The translations under genes and the position numbers were made by a program. From a virus (taxonomy: Duplodnaviria > Caudoviricetes): DNA of 27,391 bases. Below the pieces are notes generated by a model. It ran no database searches, was not told the DNA's origin, and saw only the letters and a program-made list of their open reading frames with translations. The DNA lies in the IMG/VR virus record IMGVR_UViG_3300011336_000221, positions 1-27,391 of that record; one strand, written 5' to 3'. Shown here piece after piece: positions 1-8,753 of this stretch. The first letter of the stretch is position 1; each line of letters opens with the position of its first letter.

Positions 1-2
1 TC

Positions 3-1052
3 CGCGGCATCCCGGCGTCTGAGCCAGAGCGCTTCCGGGGTACACAGTGGCACGGCATGTGGGCAGACGAGTTGTGCGCGTTCGAGTACATTGACGACGC
101 GTACGACCAGATTCAGTTCACACTGCGTTTGACTGACCCGCGCATAGCCCGTGTGCAGTCGATCATCACCACCACGCCAAAACCACTGGAACTTATCACA
201 GACCTGAACGAGGGCAAGGTGGGTGGCGACGTGTACGTGTCCAGAGCCTCCTCATACGACAACAGGGCCAACCTGTCGTCGACGTTCTTCAAACAGCTTG
301 AGGCCTACGAGGGCACGGACTTAGGCAAGCAGGAGATCTACGGCGAGATCTTGGACCCCGAGAACGCGGGTATTGTCAAGCGCAGGTGGTTCAGAAGTTG
401 GCCCGCGCACAAGGCGACACCAACACTGGAGTACGTGCTGGTGTCATACGACCCCGCAACGAGTGAGAAAACACACAACGACCCGACCGCGTGCATCGCG
501 CTAGGTGTGTTCGAGCAAGATGACTTCGCGACAAGTTGCATTTTGCTAGACGCGTGGGACAACCACCTGTCGTACCCTGAGTTGCGCCGCAAGGTGATCG
601 AGGACTACAAGGAAGTTGTGTACGGCGCGGACAACACGTTCGCAAAAGGCAAGAAAACGGACCTGATCCTCATGGAAGATAAGTCGGCGGGCATCTCTTT
701 GATCCAAGAGTTGCAGGCCGCGCACCTGCCGGTGAGGTCATACAACCCCGGACGAGCAGACAAGGTGCAAAGGATGAACATTGTGGCGCCGCTGATTGCG
801 AAAGGGCGGGTGTATATCCCCGAAGACCCAGAAAACCCGGGCGAGGTAGCCCCATGGGCCAAGCGTTTTATTCGCCAAGTGTGTTCTTTTCCCGAGGCCA
901 AGGGCCACGACGACTACGTTGACGCATTATCTCAGGCCCTCCGCGTCTTGCGCGACTCAGGGTGGCTCCAATTGGACCCACTACCGCCAAGAGATTACGC
1001 ACACGCAGACGACATAGCGCGAAACAGGGCCTATAACCCTTATGCCGCGTGA
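3..1052 (+). CDS. terL: Terminase large subunit (5'-truncated by window edge)
   Basis: The frame is open upstream of the tracked ATG at 57 (RGIPASEPERFRGTQWHGMWADE). It has a Walker B-like 'WADE', a motif III-like 'ITTTPK', and RNase H-like nuclease motifs 'VSYDPA', 'MEDKSAG' and 'HDDYVDALSQAL'. Confidence 0.93.
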   Translation, partial: RGIPASEPERFRGTQWHGMWADELCAFEYIDDAYDQIQFTLRLTDPRIARVQSIITTTPKPLELITDLNEGKVGGDVYVSRASSYDNRANLSSTFFKQLEAYEGTDLGKQEIYGEILDPENAGIVKRRWFRSWPAHKATPTLEYVLVSYDPATSEKTHNDPTACIALGVFEQDDFATSCILLDAWDNHLSYPELRRKVIEDYKEVVYGADNTFAKGKKTDLILMEDKSAGISLIQELQAAHLPVRSYNPGRADKVQRMNIVAPLIAKGRVYIPEDPENPGEVAPWAKRFIRQVCSFPEAKGHDDYVDALSQALRVLRDSGWLQLDPLPPRDYAHADDIARNRAYNPYAA

Positions 1053-1057
1053 TTTTC

Positions 1058-1098
1058 GGGCACAAACACCCTGATTTATGGGTGATTGGTTATAGGAG
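1058..1098 (+). promoter_or_regulatory. Putative phage late promoter, copy 1 (GGGCA-N15-ATGGGTGATT-N5-TAGGAG)
   Basis: One of five intergenic copies with identical spacing; it ends in the RBS of the ORF at 1108. Confidence 0.65.
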
Positions 1099-1107
1099 GC
1101 CCCTTGA

Positions 1108-1305
1108 ATGCACAGTTCATCGCACGCAAAAGAGATCAGGCAGTGTGGTTGCAGTATGTGCCGTGGTATTCGAGCACGTAGCGAGTCATTTTCTGTGTGG
1201 GGCAAGGTTAGAGCAGGGTATCGGAGCATGTTGAAAGACATTGTTAGGGGCGGGGACCTTGAAAACTACAACAAAATTTTGAAAAACCGAGATTACGATG
1301 CTTAA
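1108..1305 (+). CDS. Small hypothetical protein with His/Cys cluster (H..H..CxCxxC), possibly Zn-binding, 65 aa
   Basis: AGGAGG RBS at about 1094-1099; the stop overlaps the start of the next gene. Confidence 0.65.
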   Translation: MHSSSHAKEIRQCGCSMCRGIRARSESFSVWGKVRAGYRSMLKDIVRGGDLENYNKILKNRDYDA

Positions 1306-2929
1306 TCCAATTAAAACACCGACACAAATGATGTATGAACAAGCCGGAATACCGCACTACGGCAAGGGCGGTGATGTTGTTGGTCAGTTTGCAAGCCGAA
1401 TCCAAGACGCAATTCGCAAATACACAAAGGCCGTGGGTAAGCCGCCCTCTGCCGAAGAAGTAAAACAACTAGAAGACCACATTAGGTCGCTTTCTAAGCC
1501 AACAGGCAACGCGCCGCAGACAATGGCGCGCACACAACAACAAACCCCGTTTTCAAACCAGCTTGTTGACGCCTCAGGTCGCCCGTACCCCGCAGTGACC
1601 ACACCAGAGGGCCGAACAATCACCCCAGAGCGTGCCAAGGGCATGACAACACGCGAGACAATTGGCCCGTTCCAAGGTGTGCCTAGCCAGTTTGACATGA
1701 CGCCAATGAACATCAAGGCGCGTGCGTACCCCAAGGGCCAGTTTCAGAACGCGTTTCCTGAAGACGAGTTCATGTCCATGGCAAACACAGGACGCACGTC
1801 CAACCGCACATGGAACAAGTCATTCACGCCGTCAACTGAAGAATTGGCAACGCGCCAGCAGTTAGGTGAAGAGGCAATGGACCTGTCAGACGACGCAATG
1901 GGTGGTCTTGACACCCTGCGCGCCACAGAGGGCGACATTCCGCAGATGACCAGCGCCAGCGCGCCGTTTGCTGAACGTTCCGCACAGCTTGAGGGTCCCG
2001 GACTGGAAAAACTGACAGACGAGATGTTGTTGGGCAAGCACGGCGCTTTGGTGGACAAGGTGGTCGCTGACTTCAAGGCCCGCGGCATTGAGCCAGACCA
2101 AGAAGACATTGTCAACGCGATCAACGCGATGATTAACCCCATGCGCCACAACTACACTGGCACAAACCCAATTGCTCAACGCCCTATGCAGGGCCGTGGC
2201 CCAGCAACCGCAGAGATGAACGCGTGGCGTGACGAGGCCCGCATGTCTGGTCTGCCAGAGACGGTGGTGACTAAGCACCCGTCGGACTGGAAGCCACAAC
2301 AACAGCGTGATTATTTGCTCGACACCGAGCCAGCACAGCGTGCGCCGTTTGCGCAAGACTGGCAGATGCAAGAGTTGGAAGACAGGCGCCGCCGAGCCGT
2401 TCAAGGCAAGGCAGAGGGCGGCTACATGCAGTCGCCCCGCGACATGCAGGCCGAGATGATGGTCCGCGGTTACGCTGGGGGTGGTTACACACAAGAGCCT
2501 ACACAAGAGGACATACTGAACTACATTCGCAGTGGCGGCTCAAGAATGGGCACCTCGGCTGAAGAGGTGTTGATGCGCAACATGGAGCGCCGTGAGCCGT
2601 CCATGAGCGAGTACAAAGCATCGCCACGTGAGCGCATCTCTTCACTAGGCCAAGAGTTCTTAGAGAAATCTGGCATGGGCCGCTACAAGGCACGCAAGAT
2701 GGCTGACACTGTAGTTGGTGGCCCTTCTAGCAACCTGCCCGGCAATTTTGGTTTGGCCGACATTGCAACACTCAACCCCGCTGGCGCCATGGCCGTGGCC
2801 CCAATGTACGCGTCAGAAACAGGACACTATTTGGCCAAAGGCGATCCAGTTGGCGTTGGCATGAGCGCACTGGGTATGTTGCCAATGGCTCAACCAATTC
2901 GTAAAGCATACAGAGGCTTTAACCAATAA
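1298..2929 (+). CDS. Hypothetical virion-associated (putative internal head) protein, 543 aa
   Basis: Long ORF between terminase and portal, coupled to the portal by TAATG. It has three xxxGG motifs and a Gly/Ala-rich, mildly hydrophobic C-terminus. Confidence 0.75.
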   Translation: MLNPIKTPTQMMYEQAGIPHYGKGGDVVGQFASRIQDAIRKYTKAVGKPPSAEEVKQLEDHIRSLSKPTGNAPQTMARTQQQTPFSNQLVDASGRPYPAVTTPEGRTITPERAKGMTTRETIGPFQGVPSQFDMTPMNIKARAYPKGQFQNAFPEDEFMSMANTGRTSNRTWNKSFTPSTEELATRQQLGEEAMDLSDDAMGGLDTLRATEGDIPQMTSASAPFAERSAQLEGPGLEKLTDEMLLGKHGALVDKVVADFKARGIEPDQEDIVNAINAMINPMRHNYTGTNPIAQRPMQGRGPATAEMNAWRDEARMSGLPETVVTKHPSDWKPQQQRDYLLDTEPAQRAPFAQDWQMQELEDRRRRAVQGKAEGGYMQSPRDMQAEMMVRGYAGGGYTQEPTQEDILNYIRSGGSRMGTSAEEVLMRNMERREPSMSEYKASPRERISSLGQEFLEKSGMGRYKARKMADTVVGGPSSNLPGNFGLADIATLNPAGAMAVAPMYASETGHYLAKGDPVGVGMSALGMLPMAQPIRKAYRGFNQ

Positions 2930-5685
2930 TGCAACCAATTATCCCAATTCAAAAGGGCGGTAACCTGTCCGCGTTGTCTTACGCAGAAAACGAGACAACC
3001 AAAGAGGTAGACACGGAACAAGAAGTTCAGGATCTGGCCAACGCGCTGGACTTGGACATTGACGACGTGGAGTCCGAGATTATTGAGTTGGAGGATGGCT
3101 CGGTTGTGGTCAACATGTTGGACACACAGAAGCCGTCAGAGAACCCAGAGTTTTATGCCAACTTGGCAGAAGAGATGGAAGACAGCGTTCTTCAGTCTTT
3201 GTCTTCAGAGTACTTGGACCTTATCGACGTGGACCGCGAGTCACGCAAACAGCGTGACAAGCAGTACGAAGAGGGCATTCGCCGCACTGGTCTGGGCAAC
3301 GACGCCCCCGGTGGTGCAACGTTCCAAGGCGCGTCCAAGGTGGTGCACCCGATCATGGCAGAGGCCTGCGTTGACTTTGCGGCCAACGCGTCTAAAGAGT
3401 TGTTGCCGGCCGACGGTTTGGTGCGCACGTACATCAAGGGTAAGGCAGACCAAAAGCGTTTGGACACAGCACAGCGTAAGGCCAACTTCCTGAACTGGCA
3501 GTTGACCGAGCAGGTTGAAGAGTACCGCGACGAGATGGAGCAGTTGTTCACACAGCTTCCCCTTGGTGGCTCACAGTATTTGAAGTGGCGTTTTGATAAA
3601 GACCTCAACCGCCCAGTGCCCGAGTGGGTGCCGATTGACAACATTCTGTTGCCGTTTGCGTCTACCAATTTTTACTCGGCCGCGCGCATTACAGAACAGC
3701 AAGACATCACAGAGGACATGTTCAAGCAACGTGTCGAGATGGGTGAGTACGTTGACATTGAGTTGTACACAACCGACGTCAACGTGGACGAGCAGACACA
3801 GGCCAAGAAAGCCAACGACAAGATCGAGGGCATCACAGAGCCGTCTAAGAACGTGGACGGTTTGCGACGTGTGTACGAGATCACAACGTTCTTGCGTTTG
3901 GACGACGACCCTCTGACAGAGGGTGCACGCGCGCCGTACATTATGACGATCGACGAGACAAGCGGCAAGGTTGTTGCTTTGTACCGTAATTGGGCGGCTG
4001 GCGACACACGCATGCGCAAGCTTGATTGGATGGTCGAGTACAAATTTATTCCTTGGCGCGGCGCCTACGCGATTGGCATGCCACACCTTATTGGTGGCCT
4101 GTCTGCCGCACTGACTGGCTCATTGCGCGCCCTGATGGACGCGGCGCACGTGAACAACAGCCAGACCATGTTGAAGCTAAAAGGCGGACGCATTGGTGGA
4201 CAGTCGGACCGCATTGAGCCAACGCAGGTCATGGAGATCGAGGGTTCGCCCGGCGTGGACGACGTACGCAAGCTGGCCATGCCACTGCCGTTCAACCCAC
4301 CGTCCTCGGTGCTGTACAACCTGCTTGGTTGGTTGACTGACGCGGCTAAAGGTGTTGTGAAGACCAGCGAGGGCCGTATTGCTGACATGAACAGCAACAC
4401 ACCGGTTGGCACAACGCAGGCAATGATCGAGCAGGGCTCGAAGGTGTTCTCAAGCATTCACGCACGACTGCACCGCAGTCAGGCTAAGAGTCTGCAGATT
4501 CTGTCTCGTCTGAACTGCTGGTACTTGGAAGACATGGACAACCAGTCCGGCGCCGAGATTGCGGTTGAGGACTTTGAAGACAACTCAGACGTCAGCCCGA
4601 TCTCTGACCCTAACATCTTCAGCGAAACACAGCGCTTGACACAGGCGCAGTTGGTAATGCAGTTGGCAGACAAAGCGCCGCAACTGTACAACATTCGTGA
4701 GGCGCACATGCGCGTGATGAAGTTGATGAAGGTGCCTGACATTGAGAAGGTCATGCCTAACCCACAGGGCTCGGTTGAAAGTAACCCCGCGCTGGAGAAC
4801 GTGCAGATGACCATGGGCCACGCGGCCGCCGCGTTCCCAGACCAAAGCCACATCGACCACCTGAAGGTGCACTTGGCGTACATGATGGACCCCGCGTACG
4901 GCGGCAACCCGCTCATCAGCCCCGGTGTGACGCCCATGATGTTGGAACACATCAAGCAACACCTGACACTGCACTACCTACAGTCTATGCGCAACTACGT
5001 GTCGCACGCCGCCGGTGGTGAGGACGCATTCAAGTTGAATGAAGAGCGCAAGTTGGACCAAGCCGCCCAAGAGGCGTTGGCCATGGCCGCACAGTTGGTC
5101 AACCAAGACGCAGAGAAGACGTTTGAAGGCATCAACCCGATCATCCAGCAGTTGGTGCAACAGATGCAACAGGCTAAACAGTCCCAGATGCAAATGGCCG
5201 TAATGGCAGACCCAACATCTCAGGCATTGATGCAAACACAAATGGCCGAGACAAAGCGCAAGACAGAAGAGGCGCAGGCTCGATTCCAGTTGGAGCGCGA
5301 GAAGATGGAAGCCGAGATGGCGGACAAGGTGCGTGACATGCAGGCCAAGTTGGCAGAGATTCAGGCCAAGCTTGGACTACAGCAACAGTTAGCCGACCAA
5401 GACAACGCGGCCAAGGTGGCGATTGCGGACATTAACAACTCTTCCAAAGAGCGTGTGGCCATGATCAACTCAGACCAAGCGTTGAGCGCACAACAAATTA
5501 AACAACAGCATTCACAAGAGATGACTGCGTTGGAAGCAGAAAGCCAAGCGTACGCGGATTTGCGTAAGCATGGGTTAGACCAAGCGCAAGCAGAAGAGCA
5601 ACGTGCACACGATGCGGCGATGCAGGCGCAACAACAGTTGGCCCAAGCGGTTCAACAAGCACAACAACCAACAGGAGCACAGTAA
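2929..5685 (+). CDS. Portal protein with long Gln/Ala-rich C-terminal coiled coil, 918 aa
   Basis: Position after terminase, size, and motifs typical of this portal family ('GASKVVHPIMAEACVDF', 'YKFIPWRGAYAIG', 'PVGTTQAMIEQGSKVFSSIHARLH'). The long helical C-terminus recalls the P22 portal barrel. Confidence 0.88.
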   Translation: MQPIIPIQKGGNLSALSYAENETTKEVDTEQEVQDLANALDLDIDDVESEIIELEDGSVVVNMLDTQKPSENPEFYANLAEEMEDSVLQSLSSEYLDLIDVDRESRKQRDKQYEEGIRRTGLGNDAPGGATFQGASKVVHPIMAEACVDFAANASKELLPADGLVRTYIKGKADQKRLDTAQRKANFLNWQLTEQVEEYRDEMEQLFTQLPLGGSQYLKWRFDKDLNRPVPEWVPIDNILLPFASTNFYSAARITEQQDITEDMFKQRVEMGEYVDIELYTTDVNVDEQTQAKKANDKIEGITEPSKNVDGLRRVYEITTFLRLDDDPLTEGARAPYIMTIDETSGKVVALYRNWAAGDTRMRKLDWMVEYKFIPWRGAYAIGMPHLIGGLSAALTGSLRALMDAAHVNNSQTMLKLKGGRIGGQSDRIEPTQVMEIEGSPGVDDVRKLAMPLPFNPPSSVLYNLLGWLTDAAKGVVKTSEGRIADMNSNTPVGTTQAMIEQGSKVFSSIHARLHRSQAKSLQILSRLNCWYLEDMDNQSGAEIAVEDFEDNSDVSPISDPNIFSETQRLTQAQLVMQLADKAPQLYNIREAHMRVMKLMKVPDIEKVMPNPQGSVESNPALENVQMTMGHAAAAFPDQSHIDHLKVHLAYMMDPAYGGNPLISPGVTPMMLEHIKQHLTLHYLQSMRNYVSHAAGGEDAFKLNEERKLDQAAQEALAMAAQLVNQDAEKTFEGINPIIQQLVQQMQQAKQSQMQMAVMADPTSQALMQTQMAETKRKTEEAQARFQLEREKMEAEMADKVRDMQAKLAEIQAKLGLQQQLADQDNAAKVAIADINNSSKERVAMINSDQALSAQQIKQQHSQEMTALEAESQAYADLRKHGLDQAQAEEQRAHDAAMQAQQQLAQAVQQAQQPTGAQ

Positions 5686-5861
5686 TGGCAACAGATAACA
5701 GCAACATCGGCTTTCGTAAAAGCTACATGATGACAGGCAAGCCCGGCTACGCAGGTGGCCCCGGTTCACCCGTAGAAAAAGGACCCTCTGGTTCAAAGAT
5801 GGCCCCTAAGGCCCCCTTGTACCAAGTACCGCCCGTAAATAGTCGCGGTTTAAAGAAATAA
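5685..5861 (+). CDS. Small basic Gly/Pro/Lys-rich protein, 58 aa (not in ORF track)
   Basis: Translated by hand: MATDNSNIGFRKSYMMTGKPGYAGGPGSPVEKGPSGSKMAPKAPLYQVPPVNSRGLKK*. TAATG overlap with the portal stop, with AGGAG upstream. Confidence 0.75.
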   Translation: MATDNSNIGFRKSYMMTGKPGYAGGPGSPVEKGPSGSKMAPKAPLYQVPPVNSRGLKK

Positions 5862-5865
5862 GTTA

Positions 5866-5907
5866 GGGCGTAAGTACACACTTTTGTGTGTACTTAGTTA
5901 TAAGGAG
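5866..5907 (+). promoter_or_regulatory. Putative phage late promoter, copy 2 (GGGCG-N15-GTGTGTACTT-N5-TAAGGAG), overlapped by a perfect inverted repeat
   Basis: The most degenerate copy, but the spacing is the same. It overlaps TAAGTACACAC-TTTT-GTGTGTACTTA (5871-5896). Confidence 0.55.
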
Positions 5908-5915
5908 GGTTTTTG

Positions 5916-6137
5916 ATGAAAGACCCGTTGTATGAATCGATCTTCAAGATCAAAGAAGCTGTTTTGTTATTGCAAGACGGCGTTTTGAATGGGGTCGATA
6001 GCTGGGACAAATACAACCAGCTAGTAGGAAGAGGCCAAGGTCTGAAAGAGGCTTTGGATATTATCAACAGTGTCCTGCAAGAGGACGAGGAATCTGACAA
6101 TGACAGAGAGCAAGTACCAAGTAGATGGTCGGAGTGA
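5916..6137 (+). CDS. Hypothetical protein, about 73 aa, predicted helical
   Basis: Strong TAAGGAGG RBS. The 'WDKYNQLVGRGQGLKEAL' motif is typical of the small gene preceding phage GroES in this gene order. Start is ATG 5916 or TTG 5913. Confidence 0.8.
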   Translation: MKDPLYESIFKIKEAVLLLQDGVLNGVDSWDKYNQLVGRGQGLKEALDIINSVLQEDEESDNDREQVPSRWSE

Positions 6138-6528
6138 AGCTGACTGTTTTCCGGCCGTTGATCCGGGAATCAAGCTTAAAGGCAACCGAATCGTAGTTCA
6201 ACTGCGAAAAGCCAAAGACGTTTCAAAAGGCGGCATCATTTTAGTTAATGATACAAAGGCCACCGAAAAATGGAACGAAGTGATTGCAAAGGTGGTGGCA
6301 GTAGGCCCCTTGGCATACAGAGATCTCAACACACTGCAACCGTGGCCAGAAGGCGCATGGGCAGAACCCGGAGATCTTGTTCGTGTGATCAAGTACGGCG
6401 GCGACCGCTGGGCAGTTCCACACGGCGACGGCGAGGTTGTGTTTATCATTTTGCAAGACCGCGAGGTTATTTGCTCAATTGATAATTTTGAAACCGCGAG
6501 GACAATGTTCCCCGCATTTGTTGAATAA
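6100..6528 (+). CDS. groES: GroES/Cpn10-like co-chaperonin, 142 aa
   Basis: Motifs 'GNRIVVQ...SKGGIILV', 'AKVVAVGP', 'PGDLV...KYGG' and 'ILQDREVI' match the Cpn10 pattern. The likely start is ATG 6100 with GAGGA upstream, not the tracked 6070. Confidence 0.85.
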   Translation: MTESKYQVDGRSEADCFPAVDPGIKLKGNRIVVQLRKAKDVSKGGIILVNDTKATEKWNEVIAKVVAVGPLAYRDLNTLQPWPEGAWAEPGDLVRVIKYGGDRWAVPHGDGEVVFIILQDREVICSIDNFETARTMFPAFVE

Positions 6529-6539
6529 AGGATTTCGTT

Positions 6540-7547
6540 ATGAAATCAGTGCAAAAAGCAGAAATGCAAGCTGGCGAAGACATCGCCATTAAAGAACGTG
6601 ATGATGGTAGCGCATTAGCGGCCATGGAAGATCATGTAGACCCGTTTGAGGGTTCGGATGATCAAGACTCATCTCAAGACAACGAAGATGAGAATGGTGA
6701 CACACAAAGCATGGCCGAAGGCGGCGATGTTGAGGATGACACCGAAGAAGACAGAGAGGCCCTTCGAGCCGCGCGTCGTGAAGAGCGACGCCTAAAGAAG
6801 GACCTGACGAAGCAACGCGAGGTTAGCGCAAAGCATAAGATCAGTTCGCTGGAACGCCGCAACGAGACCCTTGAGCGCCGGTTGGCCCAAGTGGAAAACG
6901 CCGCAGTAGGATTCCAGTTTGCACAGATCGACCGCCTGTTGGAAGACGAGGCAACGCGCGTTGAGTACGCAAAGATGAAGGCAACGCAGGCCGCGCAGGC
7001 GGGCAACGTGGCCGAGCAAATGGAATACATGGAGCAGTTCCACAACGCCAAGACAAAATTGGCGCAAGTGCAATTGCTTAAACAGCGTCAGTTGGAAGAG
7101 GCCAAACAGCCCCGTAACAACGTGCCGAACCCTGCAACTGAGGTTGTTCAGGAAAACGCAACGCAATGGTTGAATTCAAACCGCTGGTATGACCCCAGTG
7201 GTAAAGACACAGACAGCCGCATTGCCAAGGTAATTGACAACGCGCTGGCTAGCGAAGGTTGGGACCCAGCCGACCCAGAGTATTGGGACGAGTTGGACAA
7301 TCGATTGAAAGAACGTTTACCCCACCGGTACACGAGCAAAATGACAGGCGGAGACCGTAACCGCCGTAGCGGAACCTCAAGTGGTCGCACAGACGTGAGT
7401 GGTAGTGCTGTAAAGAACACCTTCACACTGAGCAGAGACCGCGTGCAGGCGCTTAAAGACGCAGGGATGTGGGACGACCCATCCAAGCGTGCTAAAGCGA
7501 TCCGAAGCTACGCAGATTTTGACCGTAAGAACCGAGTAACGAAATAA
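6540..7547 (+). CDS. Putative capsid scaffolding protein, 335 aa
   Basis: Acidic disordered N-terminus, long coiled coil and basic C-terminal tail, located upstream of the capsid genes. Confidence 0.65.
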   Translation: MKSVQKAEMQAGEDIAIKERDDGSALAAMEDHVDPFEGSDDQDSSQDNEDENGDTQSMAEGGDVEDDTEEDREALRAARREERRLKKDLTKQREVSAKHKISSLERRNETLERRLAQVENAAVGFQFAQIDRLLEDEATRVEYAKMKATQAAQAGNVAEQMEYMEQFHNAKTKLAQVQLLKQRQLEEAKQPRNNVPNPATEVVQENATQWLNSNRWYDPSGKDTDSRIAKVIDNALASEGWDPADPEYWDELDNRLKERLPHRYTSKMTGGDRNRRSGTSSGRTDVSGSAVKNTFTLSRDRVQALKDAGMWDDPSKRAKAIRSYADFDRKNRVTK

Positions 7548-7557
7548 GGGGTAAGAC

Positions 7558-8112
7558 ATGGCTAACAATCGAATTACACGAGATTTAGACGAGCGCCTGC
7601 AAGGGCGCGTAGAAGAAATTAAGGCGAGGAACGAAGTGTCTTCGCCCGAAGAAGCAGTGAAGCGTGAAAGGCTGGAGGCTTTTCGGGACAAATGGTCCAA
7701 CAACGCACTGCCGGACGTGCCGGGTGGGTTAGTGCCCGGTATGCACCTCTGCTGGTTGTCTACAACCAACCAGTATGATTCAATCGACAAACGCATCGCG
7801 TTGGGTTATGAGCCAGTGAAAGCCGCCGAATTAGGAAAAGGCTTTGAACACTTAGGCAAAATGAGCTCGGGCAAGTTTGAAGGTTGTATATCTTGTAATG
7901 AGATGATCTTATTCAAGATCCCGGAAGACATTTATCAGGAAGTGGCAAAAATGCTTCACCACGATGATCCTTTGGAACACCAGCGCAACATCACGTCGCA
8001 GGTTCGTTCACAGGCTGAAGGTGGTAAAGGTGGACGCTCCATTCTGGAAGGTGGCCTCTTGGAGATGGAAAAAGATGCACACAGAGCCGCACATAACTTG
8101 CGGTTTAGTTAA
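7558..8112 (+). CDS. Hypothetical head-module protein, 184 aa
   Basis: Clean ORF with RBS between the scaffold and capsid genes, with the motif 'PGMHLCWLS...LGYEPV'. Confidence 0.75.
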   Translation: MANNRITRDLDERLQGRVEEIKARNEVSSPEEAVKRERLEAFRDKWSNNALPDVPGGLVPGMHLCWLSTTNQYDSIDKRIALGYEPVKAAELGKGFEHLGKMSSGKFEGCISCNEMILFKIPEDIYQEVAKMLHHDDPLEHQRNITSQVRSQAEGGKGGRSILEGGLLEMEKDAHRAAHNLRFS

Positions 8113-8133
8113 ACAACTTTAAGGAACCAATAA

Positions 8134-8733
8134 ATGAGTGCAACTTACACTCCCTTTGGCCTGAAGCCCGTATATCATCCTAGCGGCATTATCCGTTCAT
8201 TAAACTACACCGGTGCATACGACACTGCGGCAGTTTTTTACAGCGGTACCCCTGTCTCTTTTGATGAAGCAACGACTGCAGGCACATCTACTCTCGTAGT
8301 AGCAAGCAACACACCCACAGCAGGCATGCGTTTAGCAGGCGTGTTCGGTGGTGTTGAATACACCGACGCCTCTGGCCGTCGTACTGTCAGCAAATGGTTT
8401 GGTCCCGCTTTGGGCACCGCCTCTGACATCGTAATGTGGATTTTCATGGACCCAGAAATTGTGTATGAGATTCAAGCCAACGGCTCAATCGCTAACACAA
8501 AAGTGGGACAAGAATTTAACTTCACAGCAGTGACATCTGGTCAAATCATCGGCAACGGTGGTCTGGGCACTTCAACTGCCGCGATGTTAACCACAGACGT
8601 GGCTGTAGGCACACAAGCACAAGTTCAAGTTACTGGTCTCGGCCGTGACATTAACAACGCTTGGGGTGATACATACACGATTGTCCAAGTCAAGCTCGCT
8701 AACGATGCGTTCGTTGCCGCTAACGTCGAATAA
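8134..8733 (+). CDS. Putative capsid decoration/cement protein, 199 aa
   Basis: Thr/Gly/Ala-rich, beta-strand-like sequence starting 'PFGLKPV' and containing 'GVFGGVEYTD' and 'DPEIVYEIQ'; immediately upstream of the major capsid gene. Confidence 0.65.
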   Translation: MSATYTPFGLKPVYHPSGIIRSLNYTGAYDTAAVFYSGTPVSFDEATTAGTSTLVVASNTPTAGMRLAGVFGGVEYTDASGRRTVSKWFGPALGTASDIVMWIFMDPEIVYEIQANGSIANTKVGQEFNFTAVTSGQIIGNGGLGTSTAAMLTTDVAVGTQAQVQVTGLGRDINNAWGDTYTIVQVKLANDAFVAANVE

Positions 8734-8753
8734 CTAAAGAAAGGAAGTAGCAC

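Noticed and set aside
1049-1234. 61-aa ORF starting at GTG 1049
   Set aside because: It runs through the putative promoter and overlaps ORF 1108, which has a much better RBS and is coupled to the next gene.
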